A DNA stretch of 64,000 nucleotides, taken from Chrysemys picta bellii (taxonomy: Eukaryota). The stretch spans positions 15,376,001 to 15,440,000 of the forward strand of contig NC_088791.1 of NCBI RefSeq assembly GCF_011386835.1, given 5' to 3'. The notes under the pieces were generated by a model. It made no database searches, was not told the origin of the DNA, and saw only the letters and a list, made by a program, of their open reading frames with translations. The position numbers were made by a program, and so were the translations under genes. Of the stretch, positions 9,601 to 22,446 are shown piece after piece. Numbering within the stretch: position 1 is the stretch's first letter; each line of letters opens with the position of its first letter.

Positions 9601-12302
9601 GGATAGACAGACTTCATGTACTTGGAACAAATGAATTTACTAGTTTATATTCTCTCTCCACATAATTTTCTAGTGTAACTTTGCTTCCAAGATGGCTCAT
9701 GTCCTTAAGACCAGAGAGAATGATATTCAGTATGTCCATGTGTCGTTATCACTTAGGTCTAAGAATAGAGCAAGTGTCACAGTGGGACTGGTTGTTTCTC
9801 TAGAGTCCTGGATTTTGGTCACAAGTGAAATGAATTAAGAACTTTCAGTCTCGTGCCCCATGTAAAGACCCTCTCTCCACCAACTACCCTCAGTTCTTTG
9901 GTACAATTATCAGATTGCTCCACAGTCATTTGTTAAAAAGATAAGGAAAATTGCCCATCGTTTATCAAACCCCTTTTAAAATTGACTTAACCATTAAATC
10001 AAGGTAGCCTGAACCAAACATTATGTAAACACTGGTGGATTGAGACAGCTAAACCAGAAAAAAAAAACAGTTTGTAATGAAAGAAAAAGATTTTTTTATA
10101 AAGATTTAATTAAAACAGTAAAAACACAACTTGAATTTAGTCCAAGTCCTTTTTAAACTTGAGGCATTGATTAAAGAAAAACAGGTTTCCACACTGCTCA
10201 AGTTCCAACTTTATCCCTCTTGTTTACCAGGGACTACATCCTGTCTAGAATGCTATGCTGCACAGAGACATCTAGAGGCTGAATAATATAGTGCAAGTAA
10301 ACATTGTTACAAGCAACAACAAAACCTTCTAGCAACTGGGCATTGAGCTCTCACATCAACAGAGTTCCCCATCCCCCCGGCTTACCAGAAAGCTGTTTTT
10401 TAAAGAATTTTCTGCATTCCATCTGGAAAGGACTTCTGACCCCGCTGTTACTTTACTTGTGTGAGATCTAAGCAGGGAGGGCCTTGTCTCACACAGTTTG
10501 GGATGAAACCAATTTGGGTGTAAGCAGAGCTTAGAAATCACACACTGTATTATAATGTATCTAACTGTATTTAATAAGAGGAGGATGCATTCGGCATGCT
10601 CTTTTCCCCACAAATTTGTTGAGTAGTGGACCTTCAGAATCCTCTAGATACAGGTTATGAATATGGGCACTGGGAGGGAGCTGAAGTAGAAAGATGGGGT
10701 GAAGGTGGTGCAGGGGTCAGGTAATGGAAGGCATGCTAGGCAGTCGGAGACAGCAGGTGGAGGAATCCAGGCAGGAGAAGGGGACCTCAAGACATCTGCC
10801 AGGGTTAGGGAAGAAGCAGAGTAGGCAGTAGGGTGTAGGCACAGCCAAAGAAAAGGCAGGCAGGGGCTAGGGATGGGTGGCAAAGAGCAGGTGATGGATA
10901 TCTGCAGGTGACAGGAAAGGCAGTGGATTGAGGCCAGACAGCAGGAGGGGGAAGAGAATCATTGTAAATCTCCAGTACCTATTCTTGATATTCATATCAA
11001 TATGAATCAGGTCAACATGGGCGAGTTGTATATGCACATTGTGTATGAACCAGAGATTCCTCTCATACCCAGCATTTGAGAGTTGATTAAAACATGGATT
11101 AAGACAGACAGTTTAGAATTACTTCAGTCATACTCCTGCTTGTTCTTCAAACCCTGCAAAATAGAATTTGGCTTCAACCCTGTAATTTTTCATTCCAGGG
11201 ACACAGACTGTTCCCACCTTGCACACAAACAAATTCCATGAGATTAAAATTCTCTCTCGCAAGATTGTCAGATGCTGCCTTGGAGTTTCTCTTTCTTGTC
11301 GTTTTCAGAGGCACAGCTGCCAGCCTGCAGTGTGTGTGAATTTTAAAAGATTTTAAAACTTTAAAAAGAGTTTTATGGGGAAGGGGGAAAAGAAAGAGGA
11401 GGCTACATAGTTCCATATGAAAAATACTGACCTTTACTCCTCCAGGCAGTCAGTGCAAGTGCATGCCTGCAGGCGACGGGCGTCCTGCAGAAAAAAATCA
11501 GTGGTTCAAATGTGCAATCACTTGACACACGGAAATTGCCAGGAGAAGGTCAGAGCTGACCTAGCAGAGAATCTGCATTGGTGACCTGTAGAGAGAAAAC
11601 CTTTCTTGTAGAGCCATAGTTGGAGACCACTAGCTGCTGGCAGACCCTTGCTCCACAGAGAAACACTGCATTAGTAATCTCCAATGTAATGGGTTTCCTA
11701 GCAGGTGACAGTAGTATCAATTGTGTGGAACAGAGGAAAATTTTGAAATGAGTTTGTACATGGAGGGTGAAATTCTCCCCTGTGCAGATGCCAGCACAAG
11801 GACCTATGTACCGCTTAGCTCTCAGAGTAGGGCGTAAGTGGTAGGTAGGTCCTTATGCTTGGCCTTCTATGCAGGATGAACTGCACCCTTATCTGAACAA
11901 TGGCTCATCTGAAAAGCCCTGATCACAAACTGCAGTTTTACCTTCTATGAAGAATAGTTTAAAATAGCTTCTTTTTTTTGCAGACCGAATGTTTAATTAC
12001 AGCATTCACAGATTGAAAGAACCACAACAAAAAACACCCCCGCTCTGGCTCCTGAGATTACGCTGATGTCTGGCATTAAAAAAGCCACCGAATGACAGTG
12101 CATGCTGTGGTAATTCATGTTCCTGACATTAGAGTGATTGGCTTTTAATATACTCTTCAATAAATTACCCCTATTCAAATGAACAGCTCTGGAGAGAAAA
12201 ACAGGAGAAGAAATAATCAAGAACCTTGAATGTTCATCAGTCGGCTGAAATGTTCAGAAACCAAGAGAGCATTATACAGCATGGCCAACGCTCACCTCCC
12301 AG

Positions 12303-12725
12303 CAGTGCTTACTTTGTAATGAACGAGGTGCTGGGGCTCAAGCAATGATTTCATTTGAATTTTTAAACTTATGACTTTATTGCCATTACCAAAAACTGAT
12401 GCTCGCCGTGCGAAGCACTGACGCGAGTACATCATGTAAGCAGCAGTGCTACTCACCAGGGACGTTCCTCTGGCAGCTGAGTGGCATGGGAGTGGAGGTG
12501 GAGCATTGCACGGCTGGTGCTTGAATCTCTTCTGCGCACGAAAGAACTTGCAGAATGGATAAGTAAGGGTGGTAGGATATGCTATGGCCACCCTTACTTC
12601 TGCGCTGCTGCTGCTGGTGGCGGCACTGCCTTCAGAACGGGGTGGTCGGAGCTCAGCGGCGCCAGGGCTATGAACTGCTAAACCTAGAAGCACCAGGGCT
12701 CAGCCCCAGCACAGATTAAGCACCA
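12303..12725. mobile_element. hAT MITE
   Basis: Ends CAGTGCTTACTTTGT / ACAGATTAAGCACCA (imperfect TIR). 8-bp TSD CCTCCCAG (12295-12302) / CCTCCTAG (12726-12733). Confidence 0.75.
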
Positions 12726-13097
12726 CCTCCTAGATTAACAATCTTTCATGCACATAAAGGGAAAAGTTACATTTCTATTGAGGAAGCATATGTGTGGGGG
12801 GAACCACACACAAACACTACAGTTAGTCAAGATGGTGCTGACAGGCTGTGGAGTCTAGCAGCTAGAGAGATTGGAGAGTCACAACTCTTAAGGTTCTATT
12901 CTTGGCCACACTGTTGACTGTTTATGAGTCCTCAGCCTAGTCACCTGGGTCCCAATTCAGGAAATTATCCATATTCAGGAAACCACTTAAGCACAGGCTT
13001 AACTTGAAAAAACAGACTTAAATTCCTTTGAAGCCAATGGGATTTAAGCATGTGCTTAAGTGCTCTCCTGAATCAGGGCTTTAAATCTGTCTCTCTA

Positions 13098-13365
13098 GGT
13101 ACTGATCTCACACGTCACTATAGTATCTGTCACAGTCATTAATGAATTTATCCTTGCAATACACTTGTGAGGCAGGGAAGTATTATCCCCATTTTACAGA
13201 TGGGGAACCAAGTTGCGGGGGAATTAAAGGGTTGATCCAAACCACGCTGACATCAACAGAAAGATTCCCATTGATATGAATCGGCTTTGGACTAGGCCTT
13301 GTGTGACAAAAAAGGTTTGTGGCAGAGTTAGGAACAGAACTCAGGTTTCCAGAGTCCTAGACATT
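13098..13365 (-). mobile_element. CORE-type (MIR-like) SINE remnant
   Basis: Contains the core motif ATTATCCCCATTTTACAGATGGGGAA in reverse orientation; boundaries approximate. Confidence 0.55.
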
Positions 13366-14810
13366 GCTCCCTAAAGGGGACACTATCTGGTTAAAAACAC
13401 GTTTTAAAATTTGTGTTAATTAAAAGTACTTTAAACTTCTAATTTACTTTTCATTCTTTATCCTGCACTTCACTCAGAACAGGCAAAGGAGCCCCCCTAA
13501 GCAATTTCAGCTTTTTCCTCTAGTCAGTTTCACCCTCTGGCGCTCATGCACCGGCACAAATGCTGCAATATCTTGGCTGAGAACACTGCTCAGCTGAATA
13601 CTTACATCTACACAAAACATTGCCTTCCGCTGGCATTTTAAAAATATTTCACGGAAACAATTGGGTTAACATTAGGATTTGTCCACACATTTAAAAACTA
13701 AAATCCAAGTTTCAGGTCTAAACCCCTGCATGTCCAAATGTTATTCATTGATAAACTGGATACAAGACTTACCTTCTGAGCGTAAAGACATCATCACGTG
13801 GAAGGTGCAATGTTAATCAAAGGAAACATCAGCAATAGAAAAATCATTCAACTCACGTTGCTTATAAACAACCCTTTGGAAGCTTGAAAATTTAATATTT
13901 CCCTACTAACTTTCCTCTCCATCACATTTGCACACTGGCTTTTTATTGTAAGGTTGCTATTAATGAGTGCTGAAGTCTTGCCACGGATTTTTATTTATTT
14001 ATTTATTTGTTTTTAAAGAAAACCTTTAAAATATCTAAGGCGAAAAAAAAAACAAATACCGCGACTGTGCAAACAGCATGCCAGCCCACCCTCGATAGCA
14101 TCCCTCCAGCTGAAGTGAGGAGCGTGACAGCTGCTTCTCAATTTGGTCTATGCTGGACGATGATATATGCAATAATTTCTACATGAGCAATGGGAGATAA
14201 GGACCCCTGATGTTCTGAATTGCAGCCATGTTGGACTGAATGCTGGTGATAATTTAATACTAACGTTTCGTGACAGAAAATTACTGCATATGCTAATCTC
14301 TAAAAACTTCTCTTCATCTCAAACGGTCTTTCATATGATAATTTGTCATATTTATCCTTGTCACTTCCAAAAAAATGAGACAAAAGGCCTGGAATGTCCT
14401 AAATGTTTTACCATTGATGCATATTTAACACAACTTATTGAAGGGTTCCCAGTTGGCCGTGCTAACGCAGCACATGCTGATGTCATTCTTAGCACTTGTA
14501 TACAAACCTCCCAACATTACCTAGTGTCGCTAGTAGCAGTTTATAGACAGGAAAATTGAGACAGGGAGAGTTCAAATAATTTGCCTGTGGCCGCATGCAC
14601 AGTAAAGCCTGGGCCAGGGTTGGGAATTAGAACTCAAGTGATTTCTGCTAACCAGGCCTTTCAATAATTCACTAGTCCACTGTAACAACATTTGAATATG
14701 TAAATACTTGAATGTTCATATCTGTAATGTTGCTCATTTTGGTCCTCGGTATTATACAGGAACAGAGAAGATCCAGAGGAAAGTCACAGGGAGGAAAATT
14801 AGGCTAATAG

Positions 14811-14851
14811 AGAGAAGAGAAGAGAAGAGAAGAGAAGAGAAGAGAAGAGAA
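14811..14851. repeat. (AGAAG)n pentanucleotide microsatellite, followed by a C-run
   Basis: Direct reading. Confidence 0.9.
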
Positions 14852-15144
14852 CCCCCCCCCCCCCATACCTCCTCAGTAGGGTGTTAATTCTGAAATTTTC
14901 CCTGGAGGACAATTTAAAATGTCAAATGCTCCTAATTTACTTCCCCAGGGAGAACCAACCATAAGCCTCTCTTCAAAACCCCGGCAGCATGACCACAGGA
15001 AACCTATAGGACTCTCATCGGTCACTATAAAGGAGAAAATAAAACACTGACAACAGCTATTGTCTTACAGGACTGGAAAGGCTGCTTTCAGACACACAGC
15101 CCATAGCCACTGCTGGTGCCAGCCCATGCTTCAGAGGTGAACAT

Positions 15145-15427
15145 CATGGGCGGTGGGTGAACCCCCCTTTGGGGATGCTAACTCCCTTGCCCCGCACCTT
15201 CCGTCCAAGTCTCCCCTCCCCCCGCCACCAGAACCCCAAGTCCCCTGTGGCTGGAGAAGCCCTGTCCCAAGCTGCCTGTGCCATCAGCCCAAGCCCCGAG
15301 CTCCAGACTGCCGGCTTCAGGGGAGAGGGGGACTGAGGGTGGGGCCTCGGGGTGGAGCATGGGTGGGACCACACCATGGGTTAGGGGAGGCTTAACCTCC
15401 CCTGGCCTTCAATACCTGCCACCCATG
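15145..15427. mobile_element. hAT MITE
   Basis: Ends CATGGGCGGTGGGT / ACCTGCCACCCATG. 8-bp TSD GTGAACAT (15137-15144) / GTGAACGT (15428-15435). Confidence 0.85.
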
Positions 15428-16565
15428 GTGAACGTCATGCCTAGCAACACCAGGACAGTCTCTCTTCCTAGCACCTGGAGTCCAGTGAATGATTATAATC
15501 AAAAATTAATAAGGGGCTATTGAATACTGTATATACCGTAGGACAAGCTATTTTAATCCTCAAACAAAAACCTTTACAAAGGTCTTGAGAACAGCAGTGC
15601 CTGGCTTACTAGGCAAACTATAATCCCCTTGTTTCTCTTTATTTTGTCACATCTGATCCTTCCGTTTCAGGCTTCTTTGTTCTCTTTTATTGGGCAGAAG
15701 TTTCCAGCCTGGCCAACCTTTGCCTTCAGCTGGTTTCTGATGGGATTGTTAACACTCTGCTCCTCTATTTGCTGTGAAGTTGCTCTCTCTGAATAGTTAG
15801 TTTTGCTGGCAGCTCGTGGTATGGCCACTGGGCAACTTACATTCCGCTCCATACGCATTTTTTTTTAAATGTTCTTTTTAATGTTTCTTCCCACCAACCA
15901 GCTGCTATAAACCTCTCCTCTGGGCTTGAGCCCACAAGACGTGCTGGGAGCGCTCATCACCTAATAGCATCAAGTTTTAAGTTTCTCTTTATAAAGGTGG
16001 TGCCTTTTTCAAGCCATTTTAGCAGCTGGCATAGAGACCTGGAGCGCTGCAGCATTCCTCATACAATGTACATCTTATCCATATATGTACCCCATCTGGA
16101 ATCCTGGGAACACTGAGGACAAATACCACTCTTACCATGAGACTTCCCCTCCCACCCGTTTGACCTTTTTCTAAAGGGCATCCCTGCAATTGCTGAAAGA
16201 ACCGCACACTCCCCATATACCTTAAAAACTGCCTCCCCGCTCAGAACCGCTCTGGGCCAAAGCACCAATGAGTGTCCCTTTTGCTAACACACAAGGAAAG
16301 GACCCTATCCTGAAAGAAATCCTTCCCGAACCCCCTCTCCTGGTCTTCAAACAACCCAGCCTCTTTAAGCTCGACATCAGAAGCTTGCTCCCCTCAGAGC
16401 AGGCCAAACCAACTCAAAGCAGCACCAGACCCTGCCAGAACAACAGATGCAAAAGCTACAGACATATTTCCACCACTGCAATGACCAACACTCCCCTCAA
16501 TATCCATGGATCCTACATACACCTATCACTACATGTGGTGTACCTCACCCAGTGCACTAAAGGCT

Positions 16566-18060
16566 TGTGATGAGGTGTACCAGGTCCTTTGAGGCCCCCC
16601 TTGAAAATCTAAGGAGACCGGTGTTGGGAGTCTGGTGTCATAGATCAGCAAGTATCAGGTGCTGGCAATCAAGGACGCGATGTCGGTCCCGTGTGCCAGT
16701 CCTCTCCCGGTGCTGGGAATTGGTGCCATTCCGCCCTCGGAGCTGGAGAAGGGGAGCACCTCACCGGTGCCAGAGATGCTCTGACACTCAGTGCCGGGGA
16801 GCGGAGCCGCAGATGGTGCTGAGCTGGGGACTGTGAGCACCGCATCATGGCTGGCTTACCCCTAGACAGTACCGGACGTATTGCTACTGGAGGTTTGTCC
16901 CTCAGAATTGGGGGCTGTGAAGCCATCATTTCAATTAGGTCTCTGGCGGCTTCAAAACTGTTCAGGATGGAGGATGGCTCAAACTCCTTCACCTAGCACT
17001 GCCCCTGTGGCAAATCACTGCATGCCGGACTCAATAGTCCCTTCCGGGAAGCCAAAGTCAACAGCACGGGCTCGTGTTGTTTTGGTGTTGATTCAGTGCT
17101 GAGGTGCTCCTGTGCATCCTGACAGTCCCATGGCTTTTCTAGCAGGTGAGCGCCCCCTATTGGCCTTCTTATGGGCTTACGCGGTGCCAGCAACGTCAAG
17201 CGGTGCCAGGGCACTGTCCCTGGCTGCAGTGCTGGGGAGCGCCAGTGCCGAGGATCTCTTATATTAGAGTCCTTCCTCGGCACCAGGTTGCGCACCAATG
17301 CCGCAGTGCTTCGTACTGATGCGCTCGGTGCCACGTCCTGGCAGTCCACAGCCGGCTGTGGGCGGAGAATGGATTCCGTTAAAAGTTATTTCAGGCGGAA
17401 ATCACACTCCTTCTTGGTCCTTGGCCAAAAAGCCCTGCAGATTTTGCACCTCTCCATTCGGTGCGCTTCCCCCAGACACTTTAAGCAAGAGTCATGGGGG
17501 TCACCGAGGGCCATAGGCTTATTGCAAGCACTGCAGGGCTTAAAGCCTTGGGCTCATGGCATGCCCTGGAGCCCAACGGGGCGTTAAGGATTGGGGAGAG
17601 ACCCTGTTCCCGACCTACTATCTAACCCATCTACTAAACTATGAAACTAGCTTGAACTCGAATGACTAACATAAGAACGCTAAGGGAGCACTTGCTGAGC
17701 AAGTGAGCACTGAAGGGGGTCGGGTTGGCAGGGTCATATATTGAGCGCCATGAAGGCGCCACTCCAGGGGGCTCCACAACCGACCAGACCGGAGCTGCTA
17801 AGGGAAAACTTTCCGACAACCGTGCATGGGGCACGCGCACACCTGATTGGAATTGACATGAACAAGCACTTGACGAAGAACTTTTGTTACCCCAGAAGGG
17901 GTTCACCCTTTGTGGACTGTATGACTTAGAGGGCTGAGCCACTGAAGACCTGCCGAATGAGCCCAACACCCTACAGAGTGGTGCCAGGAGAAAAAGAAAA
18001 TTGCAGCACCATACTCAGCTGACAGGAGGCACCTCCGAGAGGTGAGAGCACCCCATCACA
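16566..18060. mobile_element. Solo-LTR remnant interrupting the Penelope element, itself interrupted by DIRS B
   Basis: Inverted termini TGTGATGAGGTG (16566) and CACCCCATCACA (18060). Possible decayed 5-bp TSD AGGCT / ATGCC. Confidence 0.6.
16604..17881 (-). mobile_element. DIRS-type retrotransposon B, 5' terminus and degenerate ORF1
   Basis: Minus-strand start GTTCTTCGTCAAGTGCTTGTTCATGTCAATTCC at 17881. ATG at 17562: MP*AQGFKPCSACNKPMALGDPHDSCLKCLGEAHRMERCKICRAFWPRTKKE. Ser/Pro/Ala-rich GCACCG-type repeats further downstream. Confidence 0.82.
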
Positions 18061-19544
18061 ATGCCCCAATAACTGTGTGGGTGAAACCAGACAATCACTG
18101 TGCTCGCGCATGAACTCACACAGGAAAATGATAAAAGAAAACCACCACATCACCAGGGGGTGAACACTTGTCACAGTGCGATCACTCTATATCTGACCTC
18201 TCAGTCCTCATCCTCAAAGGAACCCTGCACAACACTTTCAAAAGACGAGCCTGGGAGCTTAAAATCATAACTCTTCTAGGCACGAAAAATCATGGACTAA
18301 GGAGACACTGGATTTATGGCTTAGTACAACAACGTAAAACCCATTTAACCCCCAACTTCCCTTCTATGACCACTTCCCCTTGAATGGTCCATTGAAATGT
18401 GTGTTAACTACTTATGCTAAACAATCTGTTCCACCTTATATTTAGCTGTGACACTCTAAGTACATTTTCCAGGCCTGAAGAAGAGCTCCGTGTAGCTCAA
18501 AAGCTTGTCTCTCTCACCAACAGAAGTTGGTCCAATAAAAAATATACCTCACCCACCTTGTCTCTCTAAGGAAAGACCTGGCTTTGGAGAAGAGGCAAAG
18601 AATGCTGGGAGGCCAAACTATGGGAATGGGGGCATCTCCCAGTCAGAAGTTGGTGAACGTTTTCAGATGAATAGTTTATTTGCTGCAAAAATGTAGTTTG
18701 GGGTCTAGCAAAGCTATTCGTGAATTTGCTGAATAGTTTTTTGCGGAAAAAAAAATTCAAGTTAGATTGACAAAGGGACTTGGGTGCCATGCACAAAATA
18801 GAGGAAGAAGTGGACGTGAAAGTGGCTCCCTTATATCCTATGGCTAGACTACTCACCCTGGATGCACAAAACCCAGGTTCAAGTCCTCACTCTGCCTGAT
18901 TTGGAACAGGGCTTTGAACTTGGGCTATAGGGTATTCCAGGGTGGGTCTCTCCTATTTATGTTGTTCCACTTTGTTTAAATAATTAAATATTGATTAAAG
19001 CAGGGACTGAAACCTCTTCCCAGTGAGTGCCCTAATCCCCAGGCTACAGAGACACTCACTCTTTCTCCATCTCTGGACCAATGAATATTTAAGTATGAAG
19101 TAGAGCAGCTTCAACAGGAGACAGACACACCCACCGCAGAATACCCTATAGGCCAGTTGTTAAGGGCACTCACTTGCAATGTGGGAGACCCAAATTTAAA
19201 TCCCTGCTATCCATCAGGCAAGTACCACTACCACCACCACCTCCTTTGTGAATGGCATTTCCAAATTTCCTTTGCTTCTTAACAAAAAAAAGTAGTTAAA
19301 TGCCCTAAATTAAAATGAATCATTTTGTTTCAGGTCAAATGGAATGTTTAGTCTGATCCAAAACAAATGCCCCTTCCCCCCCCACACACACTCTTTTTTG
19401 TTTCACAAAGAAAACCAAAAATTATTGATTACAGCTTGATCCAAAATGACTTATTTTTCAGTTTGGCCAATGAATCAAAAAATCAATTATTCGTACAGTG
19501 CTACATCCGGTAGGTGGGAGGTACTTGCTGCAGACACAGGTACT

Positions 19545-20090
19545 AATCTAGCCTTGCTTCCCAGTCGCTAACGACTGTCAAGCTCCCTGGAGCAGCTCAG
19601 GGCAGAGTGTTACAAACCAGGGCACAAACCCCAAACTAGTTCTATGTTCTATAAATTAAATTTCACCAACCTAGTATTAAGTGTGAACTCCTCAAGTATT
19701 GTAATAGCCTTAACATGGAGTCACAGACAGGTCTCTTCTACTCCAGTCCAGGGCTTACATTCAGCTGGAGCTGTCCGGAGTAGAGCTCTGCTAAATATTT
19801 TGGCCCCATGGGGCTAAAGCCCCGAGCCCCAGCACCTCCCCAACAGGGCTGAAGCCCCGAGCCCCAGCGCCTCCCACAGAGAATGGGGGTGGGGGCTCCA
19901 GGAAATACTCTATGAGAATTTAAGCCTTGCTCTGGTCTATCTTGCCACTTAGACAAGCTTGCCTTTATGATAGATGGCCCCCATACACCAAAAATCACAA
20001 TACTATTCAAGCTACTCCAAGTCTCAAAGGACCAGTCGCTTATCCCAGGTCCAGTGCAATCTAGCTCTCTCACCAAAGACTATGCTTGAA
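19545..20090. mobile_element. LTR remnant (family uncertain) containing a hAT MITE
   Basis: Resembles a recurrent turtle LTR (CCCCAAACT...TTTCACCAACC...GTGAACTCCT...ATGGAGTCACAGACAG); boundaries approximate. Confidence 0.45.
19749..19929. mobile_element. hAT MITE
   Basis: Ends CAGGGCTTACATTC / GAATTTAAGCCTTG. TSD CTCCAGTC / CTCTGGTC (6 of 8 match). Confidence 0.65.
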
Positions 20091-20199
20091 CCAAGGGGCT
20101 CACTACAACTTGGCACGGCTCTGGGTTAATCAGATTGGACTATGCTTTAACTTTCTTTTCTCATGCTAAGCTAAAGACTTCCTATGCTGTGTTCCAGCT

Positions 20200-20498
20200 G
20201 ACTAATGACCCCACAGTGCTGTGTGAGTGTCACTGCAAAGGCTTGGCGAGGTGCATTAACCCCCGGAGAGCGTACAAGTCTTCATCCGGGGTCTGTCTCA
20301 GTCGGACTCGCTAAACAGAGCTCACGGTGTGAAGCAGGAGTGCTGCAGACCTAGAGGTTCCGTTTAAGGAGGCAGCGAAGCTGTGTGGCTTTCCCTGGGA
20401 GGAAGTGGCTTTCCCTAGGTGGTCTGGCACATTGCAGGGGCTCCTCTTAAGGGCAGTTCCAAAGCTGGGGCCACAGCCCTGAACCTGCGGATCCGTGA
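20200..20498 (+). mobile_element. LTR 3' fragment (Gypsy-like)
   Basis: GAGCTCACGGTGTGAAGCAGGAGTGCTG...CCTGCGGATCCGTGAC end, resembling a recurrent turtle LTR; no matching partner end found. Confidence 0.4.
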
Positions 20499-20805
20499 CT
20501 GGAAACTATGCTTCAGTTTAAAAGATTGGTCAAAAAATGTTCATTTTTTAACAAGCTCCATCTATGGGGATACAGGGAGTTCCGAAAGAAAGTGGAATGC
20601 TCTGTGGTTTCATTCACACTTGTGTCCTTAGAATGCTTTGCCAGCTCCCAGCTAAATGCCGATATCTGAGCTGGAAACAAACTGGGAAGTGTGAATGTGG
20701 TACTGGGGGCAGGATGCTTTTCTGACTCTCTGACCTTCGGATGCAGTGTCTCTCTCTTCCTGAAACCGTAAATCCCTTGGCTGGTGCATGAAACCATTTA
20801 AGCGA

Positions 20806-21031
20806 TATTACCAGCTTTGCCCATTACTTTGGGATACGCTCATTTATTAGTGTTACTCTTCTGGGGGGGAGGATGGAGGGGGATTCTGTACTTCTATCAG
20901 TATACTGCTTGTGTCACTTGTGATCTCATAAGGAGCTCTACTTCTCCCTGCTGCAAGTTCCCTCCCAGTAGAGCTATCCTGCAGGACCTAGGTTCCCCAG
21001 GGCTAGGTTCTTCCAGCCCCAGAATCAGACG

Positions 21032-21074
<43 letters not shown>

Positions 21075-22446
21075 TCTAACAGAGCGCGTCTGAGAGGACT
21101 GAGTTAATCAGCACTCCCAAGCTGTCACCCTCATAGGCCCTCGGACTCGGCAGGCTGGGTCGAACAGCACCTCCAAGCTGTCACCCGCATGTGCCATGGG
21201 CACCGCACCAGAATAGAGCACGCCTGAGCAGGCTGGGTCGAGCAGCACTTTCAATCTGCCACCCTCATATGCCCCAGGTTCGGCACGTCCCTATCCCATT
21301 TCACATTACACATTACAGTTGTTCTGGTAGTAACCCACTTGATGAGCAAACCCCTCAGGATTTTTGGGCGCTGCAGGGATCTTTTAGCTTAGGTACAAGA
21401 AGCGTTGCTGCAGAGCGAATGAGGAAACCAAAAACCATCCACGTGGGGGCAGGGAGAGAGAGAGAGAGAGAAGCAGCAACCAGCTTAATCATGAAAGTTA
21501 TTTATTGCCAGTAATAACCATACAAGGGGAGCCAAACAAACAAAACAGTTATAATATTAAATTAACTTAAATTTGATTATAAAAGTCAGGTTTACAAAAC
21601 TATAACTGATCACACAAGGTAGGGTCAGAAGGCTATACCTAGAAAGAGAGCGCGCTGGGTTCTCACCACTCCATGAAGCTGGAATCGATCGGGGATCCCA
21701 GGTGATGGTGGTAGCTGAGGGTCCGGAGTGCTGGAGACAGGCAGAGCCCCCAGCATGATCAGTCAGGAGAAGATGAAGTCCCAATGGAACTGATGCAGAT
21801 TCTGGATCCAGGCATCAGAACGGTTATTTGAGCATGGATAGGAGTCTTTGTAGAGAAACAACAATGGTTCAAGGGAGAACACTAGATTTTGTTTATGTGT
21901 AAACAAGGGAGAATACCAAAGTTGTTTTGTTCAGGCTAGGTCATGGGAACTGATCTTTGGGCAGAGTTCCTTGGAAGGAGCTCACAATGCAATTAGGCAG
22001 CTTCACTATTTTGAATACCAATAAAGGATTGATTAGTAGAATTGGTCTGATAACCACTGAGCTGGGTGTGTGCAGGTGTGGGTTCATTAACATCTGGAGC
22101 AGAGATTCCCCATCATGCAGTGCTTCCCTGCTTTTCAGGTCCCAGAGTTCAGTGTGGTTCTTGCCTTGGAATCTCTGTTCTCCATTCTGTATGCTAATGG
22201 AGATGCCTCCTTGTCCCATCTCCGCTGCAAATGAGGCTAGAGGAGTTTCCTTAATCCTGTCATCCTTATCCCAGAGGTTTAGGTGTGTCTCCCACTGACT
22301 TTTCATTGCTTTTTGTAAGTTTTTCTTCTGATGCAGATTTGGTTCAAGCAGAAGCTGAGGGGCGGGGGGGGGGAAGGTGTTTCGTGAGTTGGACAGGCTG
22401 GGTACTGCGCCTTGGTTCCCCAAGAACACAGAGCTGCTAGGTAACA
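20806..22446 (-). mobile_element. Complete solo LTR, 1641 bp
   Basis: Inverted termini TATTACC (likely TGTTACC) / GGTAACA. Exact 4-bp TSD GCGA at 20802-20805 and 22447-22450. AATAAA on the minus strand near 21500. Internal (CA)n, (GA)n and three ~60-75-bp repeats. Confidence 0.8.

Larger units (their letters stand above)
16288..18569 (+). mobile_element. Penelope-like element 3' part (GIY-YIG endonuclease region plus terminal repeat), split by a 1.5-kb insertion
   Basis: DPILKEILPEPPLLVFKQP...RPCQNNRCKSYRHIS...VVYLTQCTK (to 16560) continues at 18061 as CPNN.VGETRQSLCSRMNSHRKMI, then DHSISDLSVLILKG.LHNTFKRRAWELKIITLL, a GIY-YIG signature. Ends in the Penelope terminal repeat (...AGAAGTTGGTCCAATAAAA...CCCACCTTGTCTCTCTAA). 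Confidence 0.8.

Noticed and set aside
15890-16285. Segment with a faint LINE-endonuclease-like peptide (MYPIWNPGNTEDKYHSYHETSPPTRLTFF)
   Set aside because: Similarity is too weak to assign by eye; it needs a profile search.
21108-21275. Repeat-spacer-like units superficially resembling a CRISPR array
   Set aside because: Vertebrate DNA, only three degenerate units, related spacers, and located inside an LTR.
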